Source of the DNA: Candidatus Treponema faecavium
Lineage (GTDB): Bacteria; Spirochaetota; Spirochaetia; Treponematales; Treponemataceae
Direction: 5' to 3'
Assembly: GCA_019113455.1 (NCBI GenBank)
Contig: DXHG01000055.1
Coordinates: 1-35,457 of the forward strand
Length of the DNA stretch: 35,457 nucleotides
Position 1 is the first letter of the stretch. Each line of letters begins with the position of its first letter. Below the pieces are notes generated by a model. That model did not search any database. It worked only from the letters and a program-made list of their open reading frames with translations, and was not told where the DNA came from. Positions 16,711-25,955 of the stretch are shown one piece after another. A program made the translations under genes and the position numbers.

Positions 16711-18927
16711 CTATTCTTTTGCCGCGTAATACATGCGCTCAAACGCTTCCGCCGTAACGGGGCCTGAATACAGGTAGCCCTGCGCCATATCGCAGCGCGC
16801 GCGGCGCAGAAACGCCGCCTGTTCATCTGACTCAACGCCTTCGGCTACGGTGCGGATATGCAGGCGGCGCGCAAGCTCAAGGACGCTTTCGATAATCGGC
16901 TCGTTTTTGCTCCATTCTTCCACATCTTCTTCTGCACCGAAAAAACTTCTGCTCAGCTTGAGCACGTCAACGGGCAGACTGCCGAGCGCATTAAGCGAAC
17001 CGGCGGAGCCGAAGTCGTCAAGGGAACACCGGTAGCCCAGTTCATGGATGCGCGCAATGAGGTCTGAAAGCAGCGCGCGGTGCTTTGCCGCCGCAGTACC
17101 TGAAAGCTCAAGTTCCAGATATGCCGCAGGCACGCCGTAGCGCGTCCTGATATACTCAAAGCGGTCAAGAAAGCTTTCGTCTTCGATATACGCTTCTGAC
17201 ACGTTGACCGAGATCACGCACGGCGTGCGGCCGCCGTCGATCCAGCGGCGGAGCAGCGCGCACACAGTCTCAAATACGTATGCGTCAAGCTCAAGCACAA
17301 AGCCGCTGCGTTCAAGAAATGGAATAAACTGCCCTGGAAGCATAAGCCCGCGCTCAGGGTCAATCCAGCGCACGAGCGCTTCTGCGCCGCAGATAGCGCC
17401 GGTCTCAAGCGCGTATTTAGGCTGCACATACACGATAAACTCTTTGTTTGCAAGCGCGTCGGTCATTTGCTTTTCTATGCTCTTTTCGTGCAGCAGCTGT
17501 TCCCGCTCTTCTTCCTTAAAGAACGCGCAGTGTATCAGCGAGCCGGTTCTGCGCCGGCGCGCCGTACTCAGCGCGATAGCCGCCTTGTCTTTTATTGAGT
17601 CTATATCTGCGCCGCCGGACACGGCGCACAGGCCGGCATACAGGCCGATAAGGAACGTGTGCTCATCGTCAGGCTCCCGGCTGTTTATCTTCCGCGACAA
17701 GAGCTCAAGGCGTTCAAGCGCGATGCGGTTTGAATAATACTTCATGAGCAGCAAAAACGCGTCTTCCGTGTCGCGCGCGGCGATTTCTCCCGCGGTAAGG
17801 ATGCCGCCTATGCAGCGGTACACGTGCCTGATTGCCCAGTCTCCTGCCGCGCGGCCAAAGCTTTCGTTTATCACACGCAGCGCGTCTATATCGATGCGCA
17901 CAAGCACGTACGGCGTGCCCGGCTCCTGCGTTATGAGTTTCCGGGCTTCCAGCGCAAACCATATTCCGTTGCCGCCGTCAAGCAGCGGGTCGCTGAACAC
18001 AGCCGTCTGCAACGTGTGCTGGTAGCGCACGGACGTATACCCGAACAGCGCGCTCATGATAAACACTGCAAGCAGCACAAACGCGCACAAAAGTACAGAC
18101 GATATAAAAAGCGATTGCAGCCTGCCGCTCAGCGCCGATTCGGGCATAACAGTGATAAAGTACCAGCCGCTGCACGAAAGCGGCTCGTATGCCATATACA
18201 CCCACGTATCAGCCGCCTTAACGCGGATTGTGCCGTTTTCGCGGTTCTGCAGCGCCTGCATGAATCCTTCCGTTTCAGAATCAAACTGCGAAAGCGCCTC
18301 AAAAAAAGTCTCCTGTACAGAGCCCCCGGGTACGCTGCCGCAGAGCACCGCGCCGTCTGCTGCAGAGATTACAACTGAACCAAACTCGTCTGTGAACCGG
18401 TGGTGCGCCGCAAGGAACGCATCCGCCTCGCTCACTGCAAGCATCCCGTTCAGCGTGAGCGGCGCGCCTGAGTCTGCGGCAAGCGGCTCGCTCAGCACAA
18501 ATACCTCCGTTTGCAGCACGTCATCGTATACCGGTCCCGAAACGCATATGCCGCCTTGAGGCCGCTCCGCGCTGTCTGCACCCGCAGACACGCTGAAGCG
18601 GGCAAAGCCGCCCGCCGCTGCAGGCGCGTCTTCTGTCCCGAGCAGGCGGGCAGAAGCGGCTTCTCCGCCGGCTGCCGCAAGCGTCTGTGCAAACAGCGCG
18701 AGCACGCCCTGCCGTTCGCCAAGATACTGCTCAAACGCCGCGGCAGCGCCGCCTGAAATGCCGGCTATCGTGCGCTCTGCTTCTTCCCGGAACAGGCTGT
18801 TCATACGGAACAGGTGTATTGTATAGAAAATCAAAATACACACGATAATACCGGCAATCACCGGTATGCCGGCTTCAAAACCGCGCTGCAAAAGCGCCGG
18901 CTTGTTCTTTATCTCTCTGTTTTTCAT
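16711..18927 (-). CDS. Membrane sensor protein with degenerate GGDEF domain and EAL c-di-GMP phosphodiesterase domain
   Basis: 738 aa. TM, ~250-aa extracytoplasmic region, second TM. GGDEF-like domain with TEDAF in place of GGDEF (..IAARDTEDAFLLL). EAL domain motifs GAEALVRW, SLDDFGSAGS, AEGVES. Confidence 0.9.
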   Translation of the reverse strand: MKNREIKNKPALLQRGFEAGIPVIAGIIVCILIFYTIHLFRMNSLFREEAERTIAGISGGAAAAFEQYLGERQGVLALFAQTLAAAGGEAASARLLGTEDAPAAAGGFARFSVSAGADSAERPQGGICVSGPVYDDVLQTEVFVLSEPLAADSGAPLTLNGMLAVSEADAFLAAHHRFTDEFGSVVISAADGAVLCGSVPGGSVQETFFEALSQFDSETEGFMQALQNRENGTIRVKAADTWVYMAYEPLSCSGWYFITVMPESALSGRLQSLFISSVLLCAFVLLAVFIMSALFGYTSVRYQHTLQTAVFSDPLLDGGNGIWFALEARKLITQEPGTPYVLVRIDIDALRVINESFGRAAGDWAIRHVYRCIGGILTAGEIAARDTEDAFLLLMKYYSNRIALERLELLSRKINSREPDDEHTFLIGLYAGLCAVSGGADIDSIKDKAAIALSTARRRRTGSLIHCAFFKEEEREQLLHEKSIEKQMTDALANKEFIVYVQPKYALETGAICGAEALVRWIDPERGLMLPGQFIPFLERSGFVLELDAYVFETVCALLRRWIDGGRTPCVISVNVSEAYIEDESFLDRFEYIRTRYGVPAAYLELELSGTAAAKHRALLSDLIARIHELGYRCSLDDFGSAGSLNALGSLPVDVLKLSRSFFGAEEDVEEWSKNEPIIESVLELARRLHIRTVAEGVESDEQAAFLRRARCDMAQGYLYSGPVTAEAFERMYYAAKE

Positions 18928-18996
18928 ATTCCGCCGCCATATACGCTTAATAACGTGAATGATATATCCTATTTATGGCAGAGATTTGGTTTATAG

Positions 18997-21087
18997 TCAA
19001 ATGCGGAACAGCAAATCCGAGTATGACGGGAACGGCTTATATTCGTCTCCCAACAGAGACTCTATCTCGTCCGCAGCGGCGCGCGCCTTCTGCATCGCCG
19101 GAATAACGGAGTCTGCGTAAAACCGCGCGCACGCCGTCGTGCTTGCAAACGCGTGCGCCTGCTCATACTGCACGTTCAATTCCTGTACGCCGGAAGAAAG
19201 CTCGTCGGCAAGCGCGGAGAGCCGGCGCACGGTTTCTTCCGCCGCCGTGCACGATGCGTCGGGCACGGCCTGCTTCATCGCGGTAATGCTCAGCGAGACG
19301 TCGCGGATATACCGGAACACTGCCGGCAGAATCTGCTTCTGTATCATGTCTATCATCGTGAGCACTTCGATATTCAGCGTCTTGTTGTATGACTCAAGCA
19401 TAATCTCGGTGCGCGAGCGTATCTCTACTTCTGAAAACACCATGTGGCGCGTAAATACTTCCATGCTCTTTTGGTCAAGGAAATGCGGCATCGCCTCCGC
19501 CGTCGTGCGCAGGTTCGCAAGACCGCGCCGCGCTGCTTCTTCCACCCACGCCTCGTCGTAGCCGTTGCCATTGAATATAATGCGCTTGTGTTTTTTTATT
19601 GTTCGTTTTATCAGCGCGTTTATCGCCTGTGTAAAATCGGCGGCTCCCTCAAGCTCGTCCGCAAACTGGCGCAGCGATTCCGCAACAATCGTATTCAGCA
19701 CGATGTTCGGCCCCGATATTGAAAGCGCCGACCCTGGCATACGGAACTCGAACTTGTTGCCCGTGAACGCAAACGGCGACGTACGGTTGCGGTCTGTTGT
19801 GTCTTTAGGGAACGCCGGCAGCGTGTGTACGCCGACAGTCATCACTTCCTTTTTGCGCCGTCCGTACGGCTGCCCCGTCTCGATAGCTTCAAGTATCGCA
19901 CTCAGCTCGCTGCCCAGGAATATCGATATAACAGCAGGCGGAGCCTCAAGCGCGCCCAGCCGGTGATCATTGCCCGCCGTCGCCACAGAAAGGCGCAAAA
20001 GCTCCTGATACTCGTCAACGGCTTTTATCACGGCGGTCAGAAACAGCAGAAACTGCGCATTTTCTGCAGGCGATTCTCCCGGGTCGAGCAGGTTCAGACC
20101 GGTATCGGTCGAAAGCGACCAGTTATTGTGCTTGCCGGAACCGTTCACGCCGGCAAAGGGTTTTTCGTGCAGCAGGCACACGAGTCCGTGGCGCAGCGCC
20201 ACTTTCTTCATCATTTCCATCGTGAGCTGGTTATGATCCGCGGCGATATTCGTTGTTGTGAACACCGGCGCAAGCTCGTGCTGCGCGGGCGCCGCCTCGT
20301 TGTGTTCCGTCTTTGCCAGTATGCCGAGCTTCCACAGCTCCTCGTCAAGCTCGCGCATAAAAGCTGCGATGCGCGGCTTTATCGCGCCGAAATAGTGATC
20401 GTCAAGCTCCTGCCCCTTAGGCGGCTTGGCGCCGAACAGCGTCCGCCCGCAGAACACCAGATCAAGACGCTGGTCAAACAGCGCCTTGTCAACAAGAAAA
20501 TACTCCTGTTCAGGGCCGACTGTCGTTATCACGTGACGCGCCGACGTATTGCCGAACAGCCGTACGATGCGCATCGCCTGCCGGTCAAGCGCCTCCATTG
20601 AACGCAAAAGCGGCGTTTTCTTGTCGAGCGCCTCGCCTGTATACGAACAGAACGCCGTCGGAATACACAGCGAGCCGTCCTTGATAAACGCGTACGACGT
20701 GGGATCCCACGCGGTGTAGCCGCGCGCCTCAAACGTTGCCCGAAGTCCGCCCGACGGAAAGCTCGAGGCGTCAGGCTCTCCTTTTACGAGTTCCTTGCCG
20801 GAAAACTCCATGATAACGCCGCCGTCTCCCGCCGGAGAAATAAAGCTGTCGTGCTTTTCTGCGGTAACGCCGGTCATCGGCTGAAACCAGTGTGTATAAT
20901 GCGTTACACCGTGCTCCACCGCCCAGTCTTTCATCGCGTTGGCAACAATATTCGCCACGTTCAGGTCAAGCGGCGTGCCGTCTTTTACGCACCGCTTCAG
21001 CGCCTGATACGTGTTTTCAGGCAGCCGCTGACGCATTATCGTGTCGTTAAACACCATACAGCCAAATAGTTCCGGCAGTTTTTTCAT
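18997..21087 (-). CDS. Glutamine synthetase type III
   Basis: ATG 21087 ([15 protein letters not shown]) follows GGAGA. The track's 21141 start runs into a terminator hairpin. 696 aa, typical GSIII length. Motifs [54 protein letters not shown]. Confidence 0.93.
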   Translation of the reverse strand: MKKLPELFGCMVFNDTIMRQRLPENTYQALKRCVKDGTPLDLNVANIVANAMKDWAVEHGVTHYTHWFQPMTGVTAEKHDSFISPAGDGGVIMEFSGKELVKGEPDASSFPSGGLRATFEARGYTAWDPTSYAFIKDGSLCIPTAFCSYTGEALDKKTPLLRSMEALDRQAMRIVRLFGNTSARHVITTVGPEQEYFLVDKALFDQRLDLVFCGRTLFGAKPPKGQELDDHYFGAIKPRIAAFMRELDEELWKLGILAKTEHNEAAPAQHELAPVFTTTNIAADHNQLTMEMMKKVALRHGLVCLLHEKPFAGVNGSGKHNNWSLSTDTGLNLLDPGESPAENAQFLLFLTAVIKAVDEYQELLRLSVATAGNDHRLGALEAPPAVISIFLGSELSAILEAIETGQPYGRRKKEVMTVGVHTLPAFPKDTTDRNRTSPFAFTGNKFEFRMPGSALSISGPNIVLNTIVAESLRQFADELEGAADFTQAINALIKRTIKKHKRIIFNGNGYDEAWVEEAARRGLANLRTTAEAMPHFLDQKSMEVFTRHMVFSEVEIRSRTEIMLESYNKTLNIEVLTMIDMIQKQILPAVFRYIRDVSLSITAMKQAVPDASCTAAEETVRRLSALADELSSGVQELNVQYEQAHAFASTTACARFYADSVIPAMQKARAAADEIESLLGDEYKPFPSYSDLLFRI

Positions 21088-21108
21088 AGTCGTGTCTCCA
21101 GCTGCAAT

Positions 21109-21147
21109 AAAAAAAAGGCGGTGTGCGCACCCGCCGCTCACACCGCC
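21109..21147 (-). terminator. Intrinsic terminator downstream of tRNA-Ala, immediately upstream of the GSIII RBS
   Basis: Minus strand: stem GGCGGTGTG (21147-21139), a 13-nt loop, CACACCGCC (21125-21117), then T8 (21116-21109). Only 21 nt remain before ATG 21087. Confidence 0.65.
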
Positions 21148-21171
21148 AGTTCACATGAACTACACCGAACA

Positions 21172-21245
21172 TGGAGAATATGGGAGTCGAACCCACGACC
21201 TATTGATTGCGAACCAATCGCTCTAGCCAACTGAGCTAATTCCCC
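21172..21245 (-). tRNA. tRNA-Ala (anticodon CGC)
   Basis: Hand-folded 74-nt cloverleaf: acceptor GGGGAAT/ATTCTCC with the G3:U70 Ala identity pair, D arm GCTC-AGTTGGCTA-GAGC, anticodon arm ATTGG-TTCGCAA-TCAAT, T arm GTGGG-TTCGACT-CCCAT, discriminator A. CCA is not encoded. Confidence 0.9.
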
Positions 21246-21256
21246 AATGTGTTTGC

Positions 21257-21285
21257 AGTATACTGCATACTCGCATTTTGTTCAA
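21257..21285 (-). promoter_or_regulatory. Sigma70-like promoter for tRNA-Ala
   Basis: Minus strand reads TTGAAC (21285-21280), a 17-nt spacer, TATACT (21262-21257), 11 nt before the tRNA 5' end. The -35 overlaps the HAD gene stop codon. Confidence 0.55.
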
Positions 21286-21965
21286 GGCCGTTTTATATTA
21301 TTTTTTACCAAATGCGGCCCCAATACCTGCGGAATTTGATAGATAGACGGAAGGTGCGGATACGCTTTGGCGTGTTCGGGGATTTCTGAGCCGCTGTCAG
21401 GACGCACCCACACGCCGACGCCTCCAAGCTGCACGTAGCCGTCGATATATTTCAGGTGATCATCAAAAAACGCCGTGTCTTCTATTGTATAGCCCGCGCT
21501 GCGCACCGCCGTATAGTACGCCTGCGCATATGGCTTGCCGCACAGGCTGTTGCTTTCTATTGTATGCACGCCGGTAAACAAATCGAGAATATTAAAAAAG
21601 CGCAGCACGCGCTCGGCATGGACATAGGGCGCGTTTGTCAGCACCGTCATCGGCATATCTAAAGATTCAAGAAACGGCCGAAGTTCCGGGTCAAAGTCAA
21701 GTTCGGCAATCTCTGACGCAGGATGCACTGCGGCAAAAAACGCCTCGGTATCGGTAAGCCCGTAGTCGCGGCACAGCCAGCCCAGCGTGGTGCCGCACGA
21801 CTCAAGCCCCGCACGGCGCAGCCGTGAGCCTTCTTCAAGCGGCACGCCGATAAAGTCCGCGACAAACCGGCTCATGCGCTCGGAGATTCCCCTGTCCATT
21901 GCCGAAGAAGCCGGATACAGGGTATTGTCCATATCAAACAGGAGATGACGTATCTGCATATACAT
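21282..21965 (-). CDS. HAD-superfamily hydrolase, pyrimidine 5'-nucleotidase-like
   Basis: 227 aa (or 225 aa from ATG 21959). HAD motif I LLFDMDNTLY, motif II VLTNA, C-terminal FFDD. Resembles the TIGR01993-type family from memory. Confidence 0.8.
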   Translation of the reverse strand: MYMQIRHLLFDMDNTLYPASSAMDRGISERMSRFVADFIGVPLEEGSRLRRAGLESCGTTLGWLCRDYGLTDTEAFFAAVHPASEIAELDFDPELRPFLESLDMPMTVLTNAPYVHAERVLRFFNILDLFTGVHTIESNSLCGKPYAQAYYTAVRSAGYTIEDTAFFDDHLKYIDGYVQLGGVGVWVRPDSGSEIPEHAKAYPHLPSIYQIPQVLGPHLVKNNIKRP

Positions 21966-21989
21966 GCCGTTCCGGCGGTAAGCGGCGTA

Positions 21990-23669
21990 TCAATAGCCGT
22001 CAGACATGGAGCGGTTAATATCGCGCTGGTACAGCTCCTGATACACAACACTGCGCGTTTTAAGCATATCCTTGATATTCTGCGCAAACGGCATAAACCG
22101 CCAGAATATACCGCGGACTTCTTTAGGCAGACGCTGCACGCCCGCGCTTTCTTTTGTCATCCACAGCACGTAGTCGGCAATAAAGTAATCTTTAATATCG
22201 CCTTTAAGCTTTTCAGAAAGCAGCCACTGGTAATACTGACCGGTGAGACCTTCTTCCATCCAGTAATACGATGCTTTTTCTTTTGCCACCTGCCAGCGCA
22301 GGTCGGCAACGGCGGTGAGAACCGCGATTCTGAGATCCTTGGGATACATGGGAACCGCGATGCGGCCGCGGCTGGTAATGCGGTTGTAGCGGTCAAACGG
22401 TTCCCAGCACATGCCCATATCGCCGTATGTCGGCAGCAAAAGCACATACGGCACAATGCGGTTTGAAACGTTTTTATGCACGCGGCAGAACGCATTCGGA
22501 TCGATAGATTCAATCCAGGCAAGAATATCAACGACGTTTTCCCTGAAACCGGTAGTACGCGGCATACAGTGATAATACTCGCGCGTGAATATCGGGAAAT
22601 GGTTGCCCTTGCGACCGACTGTCATCTTTGCCATCTGGCGCACCGTGTCGAACTCCGTCATAATATCGGCGGAACTCACCTCGGCAGCAGCGGACGTATC
22701 GGACATGCGCCTGAGCAGCGCGTTTTCCGTTTCTTTTGCTTCGGTCAGTTCACGGAACAGGTTGCCAAGCTCGCGGTCTGTTTTAAGCAGCATGCGCAGC
22801 CGGTCATTGATTTCCGTAATCATGCGCTTTTGAGAATCGGTATAGGTGTTTGAATGGTGCGGCGCTCCGCTGAACGGCGTGTGCTCGCACAGCTGGTCAA
22901 CACGCGAACGCAGTTCAGCTTCAAGCATCGAGCGCTGGTTTTCCTTGCCCGTGATAAGGTTTTCGACATTCTGCAGCTTGCCTGAGTTTTTGCTCAAAAG
23001 CTGCTGTATATGGGCGGCTTCTTCCGAAGCGCTTCCGGCATTTTTTCTGGCGGGGCGTCCCTCGTCGGTCATCGAAATCGTAAGCCTTCCCTGCGCAATC
23101 TCTCGGAACCATTCGTCAAGATAATACACCGGTTCTCCGGTGCGGTTTTCAACAAACACGGAAGAAAACGTCTGGCGCTGTTCAGCCGTAAACAGCGAAG
23201 GCAGCACAACGGCAAAGCGCATGAGCATCCGCTTGCACAGCGCGATTGACGAACTGCCCATTTTAGGAGCAAGGCCGCGCAGGAATTCCCAATACGCGGA
23301 TGTCAGCTGCTGACGGAACACCGTTCTGTCAGCGGGATCCGTCGCTTTTAAGTACTTGGAAAGCAGCGTGTGCAGGCGCTGCGCAGACGCATTTTCTCCT
23401 GACAACGCCGTCTTGTAATACGTCGGATCGTCAAACACCGTCTGCGGCTGCGCAGAAAAAAACTCCTTAATCGGCTCAAACGACTTGCGGCTCAAATCAA
23501 CATCGGAAGCACGCGTCTCACGCCCCGCGCTGCTGTCCTCTGCGGGAACATATACACCGTCGGCGTCAAATGATGCAACGGGAGGCTCTTCAAAATCCGT
23601 ATCGGGAACCGTTTCTTCCGCCGCCGCAAGCAGCGCCGCAATCTCAGGACTCAGTTCGCTGTCACTCAT
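21990..23669 (-). CDS. Hypothetical protein, 559 aa, no recognised domain
   Basis: Long uninterrupted ORF with host-like GC. Acidic, disordered-looking N-terminus, central coiled-coil-like segment (LQNVENLITGKENQRSMLEAELRSRVDQL), Trp/Tyr-rich C-terminal half. Strong promoter abuts the ATG. 24 nt upstream of the HAD gene. Confidence 0.75.
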   Translation of the reverse strand: MSDSELSPEIAALLAAAEETVPDTDFEEPPVASFDADGVYVPAEDSSAGRETRASDVDLSRKSFEPIKEFFSAQPQTVFDDPTYYKTALSGENASAQRLHTLLSKYLKATDPADRTVFRQQLTSAYWEFLRGLAPKMGSSSIALCKRMLMRFAVVLPSLFTAEQRQTFSSVFVENRTGEPVYYLDEWFREIAQGRLTISMTDEGRPARKNAGSASEEAAHIQQLLSKNSGKLQNVENLITGKENQRSMLEAELRSRVDQLCEHTPFSGAPHHSNTYTDSQKRMITEINDRLRMLLKTDRELGNLFRELTEAKETENALLRRMSDTSAAAEVSSADIMTEFDTVRQMAKMTVGRKGNHFPIFTREYYHCMPRTTGFRENVVDILAWIESIDPNAFCRVHKNVSNRIVPYVLLLPTYGDMGMCWEPFDRYNRITSRGRIAVPMYPKDLRIAVLTAVADLRWQVAKEKASYYWMEEGLTGQYYQWLLSEKLKGDIKDYFIADYVLWMTKESAGVQRLPKEVRGIFWRFMPFAQNIKDMLKTRSVVYQELYQRDINRSMSDGY

Positions 23670-23675
23670 GAGGCG

Positions 23676-23705
23676 ATTATATCATTCCCGTTGCGATACC
23701 GTCAA
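23676..23705 (-). promoter_or_regulatory. Strong sigma70-like promoter with extended -10, abutting the 559-aa ORF (leaderless candidate)
   Basis: Minus strand reads TTGACG (23705-23700), an 18-nt spacer ending in TGA, TATAAT (23681-23676), then 6 nt (CGCCTC) and ATG 23669. Confidence 0.55.
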
Positions 23706-23789
23706 CGCATGAAAGTCAGGTCTTGTTTTTCTTTTGCTGCAAGCCGCTGCGGGGCGGGTTGTTGCAGGCTGCCCCTGCAAAGGGCGGGC

Positions 23790-23816
23790 AAAAAGATGGG
23801 GCGCGAAACGCGCCCC
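23790..23816 (-). terminator. Intrinsic terminator of the ytfQRT-yjfF operon
   Basis: GGGGCGCG-AAA-CGCGCCCC hairpin (23798-23816), followed on the minus strand by ATCTTTTTG. Lies 45 nt after the yjfF stop. Confidence 0.6.
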
Positions 23817-23861
23817 GGAAGGAAGTAAGAAAAAGAGAGTATCTGTTCTGTGTGTATTCCT

Positions 23862-24890
23862 TTACTGGCGCTTGCGCGTTACCGCTGCAAAAATGCTTTG
23901 CAGTACAATAAAGAAGCACAACAAAAGCGCAATACAAATGCGGACCCACCACGAAGAAAGTGTGCCTTGGAACGAGATAAATGTCTGGATAACGCCCGTT
24001 ATCAGCACACCGAAGAGACTTCCGATAACGTTGCCTACGCCGCCGGTAAGCAGCGTGCCGCCGATAACGGCAGAGGCGATAGCGTCCATCTCAAAACCGC
24101 GCGCCTGTTCGACAAAGCCGCCGCACGTATTGAGGCAGAACACGAATCCGCCGAGCGCGGCAAGAAAACCGTTGAGCACGTATACCTTAAACTTGACCAT
24201 GCGCACGTTCAGACCCATGAGCATGGCTGACTGTTCGTTGCCGCCGACAGCGTAAATGGAGCGGCCGAACTTGGTGTATTTGAGCATGACGTATACTGCG
24301 GCAAGCACAACGAGCGCAATAATGACGCTCGGATAAATATATGGGTCTACCATCATGCCGCGCCGGTTCACGTAGCCGCCGAACGGCAGCGTAATACGCG
24401 CCTGCGCCATCGCAAGGAACGTCTCGTTCGTAATGCTGATCATGTCGCGGCTGATAACGGCGGTAAGACCGCGCGCAAAGAACATGCCGGCAAGCGTTAC
24501 GATAAACGGCTGTATCTTTAAGAACGCCACCAAAAATCCCTGCACCACGCCGAACACGATGCCGAATAACAGTACGATCAGGATCGACGGAACTGCGCCC
24601 ATGCTCATGCGTTCCATCATGTAGGCAAGCATCATACATGTTACGCCGACCATTGAGCCGACGGATATGTCTATGCCGCCGGTTAAGAGCACGATTGTCA
24701 TGCCGACAGCGACAACAATAAGACCGGCGCTGCTGATAAACAGATTCAGGAACACCTGCGTGCGGCCGAAGTTCTTGTCCGCAAACACAATCATGCCGAT
24801 GATGTACATCACGAAAAAGAGCCCGATCGTAATCAAAAGCAGAAAGTTATTTGATAAAAACCTGTTCAGTTTTGCATTCTGTATTTTCAT
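23862..24890 (-). CDS. yjfF: Sugar ABC transporter permease, YjfF-like
   Basis: 342 aa, ~9-10 TM helices. BPD_transp_2 motif LTGGIDISVGSMVG. Last gene, in the same order as E. coli ytfQRT-yjfF. Confidence 0.85.
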   Translation of the reverse strand: MKIQNAKLNRFLSNNFLLLITIGLFFVMYIIGMIVFADKNFGRTQVFLNLFISSAGLIVVAVGMTIVLLTGGIDISVGSMVGVTCMMLAYMMERMSMGAVPSILIVLLFGIVFGVVQGFLVAFLKIQPFIVTLAGMFFARGLTAVISRDMISITNETFLAMAQARITLPFGGYVNRRGMMVDPYIYPSVIIALVVLAAVYVMLKYTKFGRSIYAVGGNEQSAMLMGLNVRMVKFKVYVLNGFLAALGGFVFCLNTCGGFVEQARGFEMDAIASAVIGGTLLTGGVGNVIGSLFGVLITGVIQTFISFQGTLSSWWVRICIALLLCFFIVLQSIFAAVTRKRQ

Positions 24891-25955
24891 TTATGCAGCC
24901 CTCCCTGCAGCGGCCTTGCGGGCGCGCAGACCGGCAAAGAATTTCTTGAGTTCCGGAGACTGAAGCGACACGATAATAACAACCACGATCGCTTTATAAA
25001 TCGGCAGCTGGTCAGCCGTAACGCCCATCGCATACAGAGAAGTCGTCAGCGCCTGAATCGTGATGGCGCCGATAACGCTTCCGGCAAGGGAGAACTTACC
25101 GCCGCCGAGCGAATTGCCGCCGAGCGCGACAGCAAGGATCGCGTCAAGCTCCATATTAAGGCCGGCGTTGTTCGCGTCTATTGAATACACGCGCGAGGTG
25201 ATAATCATACCGGCGATACCGGAACAAAGCCCGCAGAACGCATACGCAAGAAACACAATCTTTGTCGAGCTCAAACCCACAAGCCGCGACGCCGTCGGAT
25301 TGATGCCGACTGCCTGAATATACACGCCGAGCGCGGTGAATTTCAGCAGCGCCCACGTAAGCACTACAACGATAGCCGCCACGAGCACAGGCGTCGGCAC
25401 CGGAAGCCCGGGCACGAACGAACCGAGCAGGCGGTACTGTTCGTTTCGTACATACAGAATCAGACCGTCCGTAATCAGCTGCGCAATACCGCGGCCGGCG
25501 GTAAACAGAATCAGCGTTGCAACCATCGGCTGTATCTTCATTTTGGCTACGAGGAATCCGTTCCACGCGCCGCACAGCGTGCCGGTCAAGAGCGCGAGCA
25601 GAAAACCAACCGCGTACGGCACATTGTATGTATCTCCGGAACCAAGCGAAAAACACGCCACCGCGCCGGCAACTGCGCTTACCGCACCGACCGATATATC
25701 CGTACCGCCGGATGCGGCGACAACGAGCGTCATGCCGACAGCAAGGATAACGAGCTCGCTGCCGCGGTTAATAATATCGATGATATAGCCGTACAGCACG
25801 CCGTTCTGGATGCTGATATTAAAAAACGACGGCGTTTTAACGATGTTGAACAGCACGACCAAACACAAACACAGCAGCGGCAGGAACAGCTGATGACGGT
25901 ATATCTTTGACCAGCTGAATCCGCCTTTCGTCTTGAGTGCCTTAGTATCGCTCAT
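24891..25955 (-). CDS. ytfT: Sugar ABC transporter permease, YtfT-like
   Basis: 354 aa, multi-TM. Motif ASGGTDISVGAVSA. Its start overlaps the ATPase stop by 4 nt. Its stop abuts the yjfF start. Confidence 0.85.
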   Translation of the reverse strand: MSDTKALKTKGGFSWSKIYRHQLFLPLLCLCLVVLFNIVKTPSFFNISIQNGVLYGYIIDIINRGSELVILAVGMTLVVAASGGTDISVGAVSAVAGAVACFSLGSGDTYNVPYAVGFLLALLTGTLCGAWNGFLVAKMKIQPMVATLILFTAGRGIAQLITDGLILYVRNEQYRLLGSFVPGLPVPTPVLVAAIVVVLTWALLKFTALGVYIQAVGINPTASRLVGLSSTKIVFLAYAFCGLCSGIAGMIITSRVYSIDANNAGLNMELDAILAVALGGNSLGGGKFSLAGSVIGAITIQALTTSLYAMGVTADQLPIYKAIVVVIIVSLQSPELKKFFAGLRARKAAAGRAA

